Positions 1-8,353 of a DNA stretch of 64,000 bases are shown in pieces. The notes under the pieces were generated by a model that did no database searches, was not told the DNA's origin, and saw only the letters and a program-made list of their open reading frames with translations. The DNA comes from Terriglobia bacterium. GTDB lineage: Bacteria > Acidobacteriota > Terriglobia > 20CM-2-55-15. Every line of letters begins with the position of its first letter. The first letter of the stretch is position 1. Made by a program: the position numbers and the translations under genes. The DNA lies in contig CAXWPJ010000009.1 in NCBI GenBank assembly GCA_963664115.2, forward strand, positions 320,001-384,000, in the 5' to 3' direction.

Positions 1-2
1 GC

Positions 3-31
3 TTGCTTTATTAGCATAATAATATTATTAT
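3..31 (+). promoter_or_regulatory. Putative sigma70 promoter (TTGCTT-N17-TATTAT)
   Basis: -35 TTGCTT at 3-8 and -10 TATTAT at 26-31 with a 17-nt spacer, in an AT-rich patch upstream of the structured leader. Confidence 0.5.
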
Positions 32-102
32 ATATCACATCATGCAGAAAACAAGAGGCCAGCAAGCTCGGAACAAGCCGCTGGCCTCTTTGTTTCTCAT
101 AT

Positions 103-176
103 GCCCCTGTACCTCAGACGCACAGAGGTGCCGGCTGCTAACCGGCTCGTCGCGGGTTGGAGTCCCGCCAGGGGCA
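103..176 (+). tRNA. Non-canonical tRNA or tRNA-like RNA, anticodon GCT, short variable loop, tRNA-Arg-like body
   Basis: Fully paired cloverleaf: GCCCCTG/CAGGGGC acceptor, CCTC/GAGG D stem, GCCGG/CCGGC anticodon stem with loop CTGCTAA, 5-nt variable loop TCGTC, GCGGG/CCCGC T stem with loop TTGGAGT, A73. No encoded CCA. Confidence 0.8.
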
Positions 177-629
177 CTCGTAAACCGTCCCGCCAGCAGC
201 GTGAACTGCCGACGGGACATATCCCAAGCCGAAGCCAAGGACAGGGTTGATAGACCCACTGTCATTTTGGATGGCTTGAACCACGAAAGGCAAGTTCAAA
301 ATGACATGTCACAACTGCCAGAACCGATCCCACAAACACGGTAAGGACCGAAACGGTGTTCAGCGCTACCGATGCCTTCCCTGCAAACGCGTGTTCCTCG
401 ATCCAAATCACGAACGCCCACTAGGACGAATGCGGATCGATCAGGACAAGGCCGTGCTGGCCCTGAATCTCTTGGTAGAGGGAAACTCAATCCGCTCCAC
501 CGAACGCCTCACGGGGCTGCATAGGGACACGATCATGGACCTTCTAACTCTGGCCGGTGCACGTTGCGAACGCCTGATGAACGAACGAATCCGCAATGTT
601 CCAGTCAGTGCGGTCCAGGCCGACGAGAT

Positions 630-2014
630 GAGTTATAACCGAATCTGGTGTTTGAGGGATTGAATAAGAGCGGCGTATCTGGTTGATTTGTTGTGACAAA
701 ACTTCAAAGCAACCATAGGAGATACGCCACTGTGAGCAAGAGTAACGTGAATGGACCGGAAGGTCGAGAAACGATTGAGGATCCAGTAACAGAACTACTA
801 CGAGTTGGGGCACAGCAACTGATCCAACGCGCAGTGGAAGCCGAATTGGCAGAGCTGCTATCCCAGCACGGTGGCCGGCGAACTGAGACAGGAAACGCCG
901 GGGTGGTACGCAACGGTTATCTGCCGGAACGCGAACTGCAGACGGGATTGGGTCCGGTAACAGTCCAAATCCCGAAGGTCCGTGCCAAGACGGGCGAAGC
1001 TGTGACGTTCCGATCGGCCCTGGTACCACCGTACATTCGGAAGACGAAGTCGCTGGAAGCAGCGGTGCCGTGGTTGTATTTGAAAGGCGTTTCCAGCGGC
1101 GAGATGGGTGAGGCCCTAAAAGTTCTTGTCGGTCCCCAGGCGCAGGGTCTGTCGGCGAGCACGGTATCGCGGTTGAAACAGGTTTGGGGCGAACAGTACC
1201 GCCTCGGATGCGAGGAGCGTTTGGATGCAGATCGCTGGGTCTATGTCTGGGCCGACGGCATCTACAGCGGACTTCGGGCGGAACAAACCAAGTTGTGTGC
1301 ATTGGTCGTGATCGGCGTGAATGAACGCGGAGAGAAGCGTTTCCTGGCGATCGAAGACGGTGTACGGGAATCGACACAGAGTTGGCGCGAGGTCTTGTTG
1401 AAGCTGAAGTCCCGTGGGATGAATGTTCCGAAGTTGGCCATCGGTGACGGTGCGATGGGGTTCTGGGCCGCACTGGAGGAAATCTATCCCGAGACACGTC
1501 AACAACGTTGCTGGATGCACAAAGTCATGAACGTCCTCAACTGCCTGCCCAAGTCGGTCCAGGCGAAGGCGAAACAGGCCCTGCACTCGATCTGGCAGGC
1601 CGAGACGAAGGCAGACGCCGAGAAGGCATTCGACTTGTTCATTGAAACCTATGAACCGAAGTATCCGAAAGCCACACTCTGCCTGCAGAAAGACAGAGAG
1701 GAACTGCTGGCCTTTTACGACTTTCCGGCCAAGCACTGGCAGAGCATCAGAACGACGAATCCCATTGAGTCGACCTTTGCCACCATTCGACACCGAACGA
1801 AGCGATCCAGAGGTTGCCTGACACGGGATGGCATGCTGCACATGATGTTCAAACTGGGCCAGTGCGCTGAGAACAATTGGCGACGATTACGAGGATTCGA
1901 TGATCTGAGCAAGGTAATCATCGGAGTGAAATTCAACGATGGTGTCGAAGCGACACAAGTCGATCAGGCCGCCGCTTGAATCAATCTCCTAAACACCACT
2001 TTTGACAATAACTC
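630..2014 (+). mobile_element. IS256-family insertion sequence (1385 bp)
   Basis: Imperfect terminal IRs (GAGTTATAACCGAATCTGGTGTTT vs reverse complement GAGTTATTGTCAAAAGTGGTGTTT) and a 9-bp target duplication CGACGAGAT at 621-629 and 2015-2023. Confidence 0.93.
732..1979 (+). CDS. IS256-family (Mutator-like) transposase
   Basis: RNGY, YLKGVS, WADG, IGDG, QRCWMH and RTTNPIES motifs. GTG start after AGGAGA RBS. Confidence 0.93.
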   Translation: MSKSNVNGPEGRETIEDPVTELLRVGAQQLIQRAVEAELAELLSQHGGRRTETGNAGVVRNGYLPERELQTGLGPVTVQIPKVRAKTGEAVTFRSALVPPYIRKTKSLEAAVPWLYLKGVSSGEMGEALKVLVGPQAQGLSASTVSRLKQVWGEQYRLGCEERLDADRWVYVWADGIYSGLRAEQTKLCALVVIGVNERGEKRFLAIEDGVRESTQSWREVLLKLKSRGMNVPKLAIGDGAMGFWAALEEIYPETRQQRCWMHKVMNVLNCLPKSVQAKAKQALHSIWQAETKADAEKAFDLFIETYEPKYPKATLCLQKDREELLAFYDFPAKHWQSIRTTNPIESTFATIRHRTKRSRGCLTRDGMLHMMFKLGQCAENNWRRLRGFDDLSKVIIGVKFNDGVEATQVDQAAA

Positions 2015-2636
2015 CGACGAGATTTGGACCTTCGTTAAGAAGAAGGAAAAGCGCCGTCGCTACTCGGAGCGGTTCAACATGAAGATCGGCGACGCCTACA
2101 CCTTCGTTGGGATCGACGCGGACACAAAGCTTGTGCTGTGCTTCGAACTGGGCCGTCGAGATACGTCGTCTACGGTTCGGTTCATGTCTAAGCTGGATCG
2201 AGCCACGGCAGGCCGCTTCCAACTCACGACGGACGGTTTCACCCCATACGTCGGAGCCGTCGAAGGTCAATTTGGGGCGGATATCGATTTCAGTCAACTA
2301 GTCAAGGTGTACTCGTCCGACGAAACGACGCGAGAAAGATACAGTCCTGGGCACGTGGTCGGAACGTTCGATAGAAAGATCACTGGAGATCCGAAAATCG
2401 AGCGCATCAGTACATCATTCGTAGAACGGCAGAACCTCACTATGCGCACGTTCATTCGGCGTATGACGCGCCTCTGTCTGGCGTTCTCAAAGAAGTGGGA
2501 GAACCTGAAAGCAGCGCTAGCGTTACACTTCGCGTACTACAATTTCTGCCGCGTTCACCGGTCCCTGAAGGTAACTCCAGCGATGGAGGCGGGAATTGCG
2601 GATCATGTATGGACCATCGAGGAACTAATTTCCACT

Positions 2637-2654
2637 CACTAATAGGACACTACC
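2637..2654 (-). repeat. Probable right terminal IR of the IS1-like element
   Basis: Reverse complement reads GGTAGTGTCCTATTAGTG, a typical IS1-type GGTAGTG end just after the transposase stop. No matching left IR in the window. Confidence 0.55.
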
Positions 2655-2669
2655 CGGCCTCCCGCTTGT

Positions 2670-2699
2670 TTGACATTCTGAGTTAAGCAGACCTAAAAT
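2670..2699 (+). promoter_or_regulatory. sigma70 promoter TTGACA-N18-TAAAAT
   Basis: Near-consensus boxes upstream of the DHH-dtd pair. Confidence 0.6.
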
Positions 2700-2803
2700 T
2701 AGGGCTTGGCTGGCCACCTCGATTTTACATAGGTGGTGATAAAGCACCTTCGCACTGAAGGTGCATTTTTATTGCCCACGACTGGCCCCGCCTCTGAAAC
2801 CAT

Positions 2804-4195
2804 ATGCGGTCTGTTGTCTATATTGAAGAAGACTATATTGCGGGTCTTCTCAAAGACTACTTCGTTGAAAACGGTGAGACCACCTACATCGTCACCGATC
2901 CCGCAGCCAAGCGGCACCTGGCCTCACACGGCCAGGAAGTATCCCTCCCCGGACGGAACAACGCATCGCTTAAGAAGCAACTCCAGGCAAACGATCTAGA
3001 CCTACTGCTGGTTCAGTCCGACGACCTCCAGCGCATAGAAGGCGTGCTCAAACTCATCCGTAAGCACGGACAACGCGTGCCGACGCTCGTCATAACAGCT
3101 GAACGGGACAAAGTGGCCGAACAGGCCCGATTTGTGCGCTGCATCACGATGCAGGAGTTGCTGGAAGGCAATATTCGCTGGCAGATGGTTCTGGCCCGAA
3201 CGGCTCGAAGTATCGAAAGAATCCGGGAACACTTCGCAGTGGCCGATTCAGTGCTGATCCTTCTTCAGGACGATCCCGACCCCGACGCTATCGCCAGTGG
3301 GCTTGCGCTGCGCCAGGTGCTCGGTCGGAATAAACAAACCGCCACCATCGGCAGTTTTGGGAAAGTAACGCGACCGGAAAACATCGCAATGGCAAAGCTG
3401 CTGGAGATCGAAGTCGAACGAATCACGACCGAACGGTGTGCCGAGTTCGACCGCATCGCTCTGGTCGATCTGCAGCCTTCGCATATCCGAGCCACGTTGC
3501 CCCGGATCGACCTCGTTGTCGACCATCACCCCGAACAGTTCAACTATGAGACCGAAATACGGGACGTCCGGCCCGATTACGGTGCAACAGCAACGATCCT
3601 CCTCGAATACCTGCTGTGCATGGGAAACAACGTGGGCACGCGTCTCGCAACGGCATTGCTGTACGGAATCAAGAGCGATACGTTCCTGTTAGGGCGGCAG
3701 ACCAACGAGTGGGACGTCGAGGCGTTTTCCTACGTTTATCCGCTTGCGAATCAGAACCTTTTGCGGCGGATCGAACGTCCGGAACTGCCTCCGGCTGCGA
3801 TCGATGCCCTGGGTCGTGCCTTGAAAACACGTCAGATCATCGAGAAAGTTGCCTTTGTGAATCTGGGTCGGGTAGAGCGGGAAGACCTCATCCCCCAGAT
3901 CGCAGATTTCTGTCTCCAGTTTGAGGGAATCGAATGGGCCGTCGTCAGCGGAATTTTTGAGTCCGACCTCGTCGTGTCTGTTCGCAATGTCGGCTACGTC
4001 AAGGCGGCCGGAAAGGTGCTCAAGGATGCATTTGGCCACCTGGGGTCAGCTGGCGGACACGGATCGATGGCTAAAGCAATCATTCCGCTTTCCACTCTCT
4101 GTTCCAAGTGGAAAACCGACGCTCGGAATACACGATTGATCAACGAAAAGCTCCAACGGCGCTTCCTCAAGAGTCTTCGGAGTTCAAACAAGTAG
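2804..4195 (+). CDS. DHH-family phosphoesterase (NrnA-like) with an extra N-terminal domain
   Basis: DPDPDA, LVD, VVDHH, GIKSDT and AGGH motifs. Confidence 0.85.
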   Translation: MRSVVYIEEDYIAGLLKDYFVENGETTYIVTDPAAKRHLASHGQEVSLPGRNNASLKKQLQANDLDLLLVQSDDLQRIEGVLKLIRKHGQRVPTLVITAERDKVAEQARFVRCITMQELLEGNIRWQMVLARTARSIERIREHFAVADSVLILLQDDPDPDAIASGLALRQVLGRNKQTATIGSFGKVTRPENIAMAKLLEIEVERITTERCAEFDRIALVDLQPSHIRATLPRIDLVVDHHPEQFNYETEIRDVRPDYGATATILLEYLLCMGNNVGTRLATALLYGIKSDTFLLGRQTNEWDVEAFSYVYPLANQNLLRRIERPELPPAAIDALGRALKTRQIIEKVAFVNLGRVEREDLIPQIADFCLQFEGIEWAVVSGIFESDLVVSVRNVGYVKAAGKVLKDAFGHLGSAGGHGSMAKAIIPLSTLCSKWKTDARNTRLINEKLQRRFLKSLRSSNK

Positions 4196-4203
4196 CGGCC
4201 ACC

Positions 4204-4653
4204 ATGAGGGCTGTCGTCCAGAGAGTCTCCTCCGCACGCGTCAGAATCGGAGGCAAAGAACACACAAGCATTGGCAGAGGACTCCTTGTCCTGGTCGGAG
4301 TCGAGAAGAACGACACGGAAACCGACGCGGCAACGCTTGCAAAGAAAGTCGTCGAACTCCGCGTGTTCGATGACGATCATGGCCGTATGAACCGCTCCAT
4401 CCTTGATGTCGGCGGCGCGGTGCTGGCCGTTTCACAGTTCACGTTGCTGGGCGATAGCCGGAAAGGGCGCCGCCCCTCGTTCGAGAAAGCCGCCCCGCCC
4501 GATGAGGCCCGGCACTTGTATGACCTGTTCGTGGCGGGGATCGGTCAAGCCGGCGTCGAGATTTCCACGGGCGTATTTCGGGAGACGATGGACGTAGAAC
4601 TCACCAACGACGGACCGGTGACGCTGCTGCTCGATACCCGGAAGGCCTTCTAG
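4204..4653 (+). CDS. dtd: D-aminoacyl-tRNA deacylase
   Basis: MRAVVQRV start, SQFTL, GRRPSF and NDGPVT motifs. Confidence 0.95.
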   Translation: MRAVVQRVSSARVRIGGKEHTSIGRGLLVLVGVEKNDTETDAATLAKKVVELRVFDDDHGRMNRSILDVGGAVLAVSQFTLLGDSRKGRRPSFEKAAPPDEARHLYDLFVAGIGQAGVEISTGVFRETMDVELTNDGPVTLLLDTRKAF

Positions 4654-4771
4654 ATCGCGGCTCCAAATAGAGGGCTGACGGTAGGGGGAAAACCCGACTC
4701 TCAGTGCCTCAATATCCTAGGGGGCTGGGAACTCTATCCGGATATCTCCAAAAACACCCTAAATTCCCGTT

Positions 4772-4817
4772 CTAACTGCAGTTAGGAGTTGACGGACACG
4801 CGTCACTTTTCTATCCT
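4772..4817 (+). promoter_or_regulatory. Promoter TTGACG-N17-TATCCT with two palindromic candidate operators
   Basis: -35 at 4789-4794, -10 at 4812-4817. Perfect palindrome CTAACTGCAGTTAG at 4772-4785 and TGACG-N6-CGTCA at 4790-4805. Confidence 0.5.
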
Positions 4818-4866
4818 TGGAGGTTCGCAATGATGGGTGAACAGTGCCCGTTTCCGCATTTACTAA

Positions 4867-5763
4867 ATGGACTCCAACGGTAATCCAATCTCGATGCCCC
4901 CGCCCGACGACCTGACCGAGGTTGAGAAGCCTACTTCGCTGCTCATAGCCCAGTTCTTTCTGTTCCCGCTCATCGTTATCGCGTTCGGAATCGGCATCTT
5001 CCTCCTGTTTGGCTATGTCACTTTCGACCAGAAGGCCCCGGAGGCCTATCTGAGGGAAATCAGCCAGGGTTCGGCCGGCTCGCCGTTCGACACCCGTCGC
5101 TGGCAGGCCGCACTCGACCTCTCTAAAGTCATTGCGGCCGATAGCGGGGAACTTCGAAGCTCAGGCTTCGGAGACGAACTCCTTAGGGTGTACAGCAACG
5201 CGGGTTCGGACGATCCACGGATTCGTCAGTTTCTGGCTATAAGCCTGGGCCACTTGGGCGATCCGGCAGCGGTGCCCGCTTTGATAGAGGGCCTATCAGA
5301 TACAACTATCGAAACTCAGATCTGGACGCTGTGGGCTCTGGGGGCCATCGGTGACCCGTCGGCCGCTCCCTCCGTTGTTACGATGATAGGTAGCAACGAC
5401 TCCGGGGTTCGGAAAATAGCCGTTTACATACTGGGAACGCTTAAAGATCCATCGACAATTGGCGATCTGCAGGTGGCACTGAACGACCCGACGGCCGACG
5501 TCCGCTGGAACGCAGCCATAGCGCTGGCACAGATGAATGACGACGCAGGCGCTGCGGTCCTCCTCGAACTCACAGACCGCATATATTTGTCGCAGTTTGT
5601 GGATATATCAGGAGAAGAACGCGACAACGTCATGGTAAACGCGGTCAAGAGTCTCAGCAGGTTGAAGCTGGAAGATGCCCGCGGACACCTGGCTTCTTTG
5701 AGCCAGACCGATCCGAGCCTGAGCGTACGAGATGCCGCGCTGGAAGCGTTGGAAACGTATTAA
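4867..5763 (+). CDS. Membrane-anchored HEAT-repeat protein
   Basis: N-terminal TM helix, then repeated (V/I)R..A..ALG..GD..A motifs. Confidence 0.8.
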   Translation: MDSNGNPISMPPPDDLTEVEKPTSLLIAQFFLFPLIVIAFGIGIFLLFGYVTFDQKAPEAYLREISQGSAGSPFDTRRWQAALDLSKVIAADSGELRSSGFGDELLRVYSNAGSDDPRIRQFLAISLGHLGDPAAVPALIEGLSDTTIETQIWTLWALGAIGDPSAAPSVVTMIGSNDSGVRKIAVYILGTLKDPSTIGDLQVALNDPTADVRWNAAIALAQMNDDAGAAVLLELTDRIYLSQFVDISGEERDNVMVNAVKSLSRLKLEDARGHLASLSQTDPSLSVRDAALEALETY

Positions 5764-5823
5764 AAAGGTCAGTTTTTATTCATTTGTTTTCTCGAACCGG
5801 AAAAATTTAAGAGGAATCATGGC

Positions 5824-6369
5824 ATGAGCGAAGAAAGTCCTCAGGCGCCGCCGAAACCACAGCCAGTGAAGACGAAGGCTCCGGCCGCGTCACGCCGGTC
5901 TTTCCTGTCATGGATGAGCGTTGCGTGGGTGGCCTTCACCGCCTCAATGCTCGCCGCCGGTACGGCGACGGCCCGCTTCATGTTCCCCAACGTTCTGTTT
6001 GAACCGCCCTCGAGCTTTCAAGCGGGTAGTCCGGACGTAATCCAGATCGGACAGGTCGACGAGCGATTCAAGGATGAGTTTGGCGTCTGGCTGGTCCGTG
6101 ACGAAGGCGGGCTCTACGCCCTGTCAACCACATGCACGCACCTGGGCTGTACGCCCAACTGGCTTGAAGCCGAGCAGAAATTCAAGTGTCCGTGTCACGG
6201 GAGTGGTTTTTACAAGACAGGTATTAATTTTGAAGGCCCAGCCCCAAGGCCGCTGGAGCGCCATACGATCAGTCTGACGGAGGACGGCCAGATACTCGTC
6301 GACAAGAGTCAGAAATACCAGCAAGAAAAAGGCCAGTGGGATCTTCCTGGAGCCTACCTGGAACTTTAG
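5824..6369 (+). CDS. Rieske 2Fe-2S subunit of a Rieske/cytochrome b complex
   Basis: Tat motif SRRSFL plus TM helix, CTHLGC and CPCHGS boxes, GPAPRPL. Confidence 0.95.
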   Translation: MSEESPQAPPKPQPVKTKAPAASRRSFLSWMSVAWVAFTASMLAAGTATARFMFPNVLFEPPSSFQAGSPDVIQIGQVDERFKDEFGVWLVRDEGGLYALSTTCTHLGCTPNWLEAEQKFKCPCHGSGFYKTGINFEGPAPRPLERHTISLTEDGQILVDKSQKYQQEKGQWDLPGAYLEL

Positions 6370-6406
6370 GGTTTTGATTAATTCCTAGGCAGTCAGGTCC
6401 TTATTT

Positions 6407-7219
6407 ATGAGTCAACTCAAAGAAATTTTGTCAAAGCTTTCACCCGCGAACATCGGGGAATCCATACAAAAGAGCCAGGTTTACCGGTCGATATTCCGGG
6501 TCGGAGTGCCCAGTTCCGACCGCAAGCGAATGCTGGTGATGCTGGGGAACGTGTTTCTCCATCTCCATCCCGTGAAGGTTCGGAAGTCCGGTATCCGGCT
6601 CCGCTTTACGTGGTGCATGGGGGGGATAACGTTCTTCCTGTTCCTTCTACTGACGTTCACCGGCCTTCTTCTGATGTTCTACTATCGGCCCACCCTGGAA
6701 TACGCATATGTCGACATCATCGATCTGCGGGAGCAGGTGCCGCTCGGGATCATGCGGGAACTTCATCGTTGGGGCGCGCACGCCATGGTCATCTCGGTCT
6801 GGCTGCACATGTTCCGCGTGTTCATGACTGGATCCTATAAGCCACCCCGGGAGTTCAACTGGGGTGTCGGCGTGATCCTCCTCGTTCTCACACTGCTGTT
6901 GAGTTTTACCGGCTATCTCCTCCCGTGGGACCAGTTGGCGATGTGGGCGATCACGGTCGGATCCAACATGGCGCGGGCAACACCGTTTCTCGGATATGAA
7001 GGACCGGGCGCGGCCCTACTCCAACTGGGCGGCGTCAGCCTGGTAAACAGCACAAGCGACGCGCGCTTCGCCTTACTGGGCGGCACGTTCGTCGGAGAAG
7101 GCGCACTTCTTCGCTTCTACGTCCTGCACTGTGTGGGCCTGCCACTCATTGCAGGATTTCTAATGGCCGTTCATTTCTGGCGCATACGCCGGGACGGCGG
7201 AATATCCGGTCCACTATAG
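6407..7219 (+). CDS. Cytochrome b6-like subunit (split cytochrome b, N-terminal part)
   Basis: WCMGG (candidate heme ci Cys), heme ligands HRWGAH...LH and H-x14-H, GYLLPWDQ, ends GISGPL. Confidence 0.93.
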   Translation: MSQLKEILSKLSPANIGESIQKSQVYRSIFRVGVPSSDRKRMLVMLGNVFLHLHPVKVRKSGIRLRFTWCMGGITFFLFLLLTFTGLLLMFYYRPTLEYAYVDIIDLREQVPLGIMRELHRWGAHAMVISVWLHMFRVFMTGSYKPPREFNWGVGVILLVLTLLLSFTGYLLPWDQLAMWAITVGSNMARATPFLGYEGPGAALLQLGGVSLVNSTSDARFALLGGTFVGEGALLRFYVLHCVGLPLIAGFLMAVHFWRIRRDGGISGPL

Positions 7220-7234
7220 AAAGCGGGCAAAGCC

Positions 7235-8314
7235 ATGGAATTCATCAAAGACATAATCAATTTCTTAGCGGCCCCGCAGATCCTCATCACCTTGGCCGCG
7301 ATCCTGCTTTTCGTGTCAGCAAGATATAGGGAAATCTTCTACACCAATAAAGTGGCGATGATCCTGTTTCCGGGTATGGCAGTGTTTCTGGGACTGAGCA
7401 TGCTCGATGAAGACTTCTATTTGATCGTCACCAAGCCGGACAACGTCCCCATCGTCGGTATGTTATTCCTTATACCGTTCTTCACGTGGTTTTCGATGCG
7501 CGAAGGGGTACGCAACGACAGGCGTATCGCGGAAGGCAAGCCACTCATCGAAAAAGAAGAAACAGCGGGAAAGGTGCTTACTTGGCCTGACCTCGTCTAC
7601 ACCGAACTGATCTGCATGGTCATCCTGACCATCGTGTTGATCGGATGGTCGATTCTGATCGCAGCGCCCATTGAGGGACCCGCAAACCCGGCGAATACGC
7701 CAAACCCTTCGAAGGCACCTTGGTACTTCCTGGGACTCCAGGAAATGCTCGTCTATTTCGATCCGTGGTTGGCGGGGGTGGTCTTTCCGAGCCTGATCGT
7801 CGGGGGACTCATGGCGATTCCGTATTTCGACACGAATCCCAAGGGTAACGGGTACTACACCTTCAAGGAACGGAGCTGGGAGATCATGGTCTTTCTGTTC
7901 GGATTCCTGATCCTGTGGGTGCTCCTGGTCATATTGGGAACCTTCCTCAGAGGCCCCAACTGGAATTTCTTTGGGCCGTACGAATATTGGGACATCCACA
8001 AGCTGGAAGCCCTGGTCAACATCAACCTGTCCGAGTACATCTGGGTCCGGATGCTCGGCGTGGGATTGCCGTCAAACATCCTGGTGAGGGAAATGTTCGG
8101 CTTCATAGCCGTTTTCGCGTATTTACTCGCCATTCCGCCGCTGTTGGCCAAGACCTGGTTCAAAGGCTTTTATCAAACTCTGGGACCGGCACGCTACCAC
8201 ATCATGGTGTTCCTGTTGCTGGCGATGGCGTCGCTTCCCATCAAGATGGGGATGCGCTGGCTGTTGAACATGAAATACATCATTGGCATCCCGGAGTATT
8301 TCTTCAATATTTAG
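7235..8314 (+). CDS. Subunit IV-like cytochrome b C-terminal protein with extra TM helices
   Basis: WPDL, ANPANTPNPSKAPWYFLG (PEWY-equivalent), multiple hydrophobic helices. Confidence 0.85.
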   Translation: MEFIKDIINFLAAPQILITLAAILLFVSARYREIFYTNKVAMILFPGMAVFLGLSMLDEDFYLIVTKPDNVPIVGMLFLIPFFTWFSMREGVRNDRRIAEGKPLIEKEETAGKVLTWPDLVYTELICMVILTIVLIGWSILIAAPIEGPANPANTPNPSKAPWYFLGLQEMLVYFDPWLAGVVFPSLIVGGLMAIPYFDTNPKGNGYYTFKERSWEIMVFLFGFLILWVLLVILGTFLRGPNWNFFGPYEYWDIHKLEALVNINLSEYIWVRMLGVGLPSNILVREMFGFIAVFAYLLAIPPLLAKTWFKGFYQTLGPARYHIMVFLLLAMASLPIKMGMRWLLNMKYIIGIPEYFFNI

Positions 8315-8353
8315 CCACTATTTATAGGCGTTTAGTTCGAACTGGAGAGAGCA

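Larger units (their letters stand above)
301..2642 (+). pseudogene. IS1-family DDE transposase interrupted by IS256
   Basis: N-terminal zinc ribbon (CHNC...CLPC) and HTH in 301-629. Joining to 2024-2642 restores QADEIWTFVKKK...TTDG...STSFVERQNLTMR...TPAMEAG in frame (315 aa). Confidence 0.88.

Noticed and set aside
42-344. 100-aa ORF spanning the tRNA-like leader
   Set aside because: No RBS or protein motif, and the sequence is explained by RNA structure. A near-leaderless regulatory role cannot be fully excluded.
544-1497. 317-aa minus-strand ORF
   Set aside because: Antisense to the IS256 transposase, crosses the IS boundary, and has the Arg/Pro/Ser-rich composition of spurious frames.
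301-2642. Idea that the IS1 transposase needs AGY codons read as Arg by the odd tRNA
   Set aside because: Its AGT codons include positions where Ser looks family-typical (RYSP, ISTS), so there is no sign of recoding.
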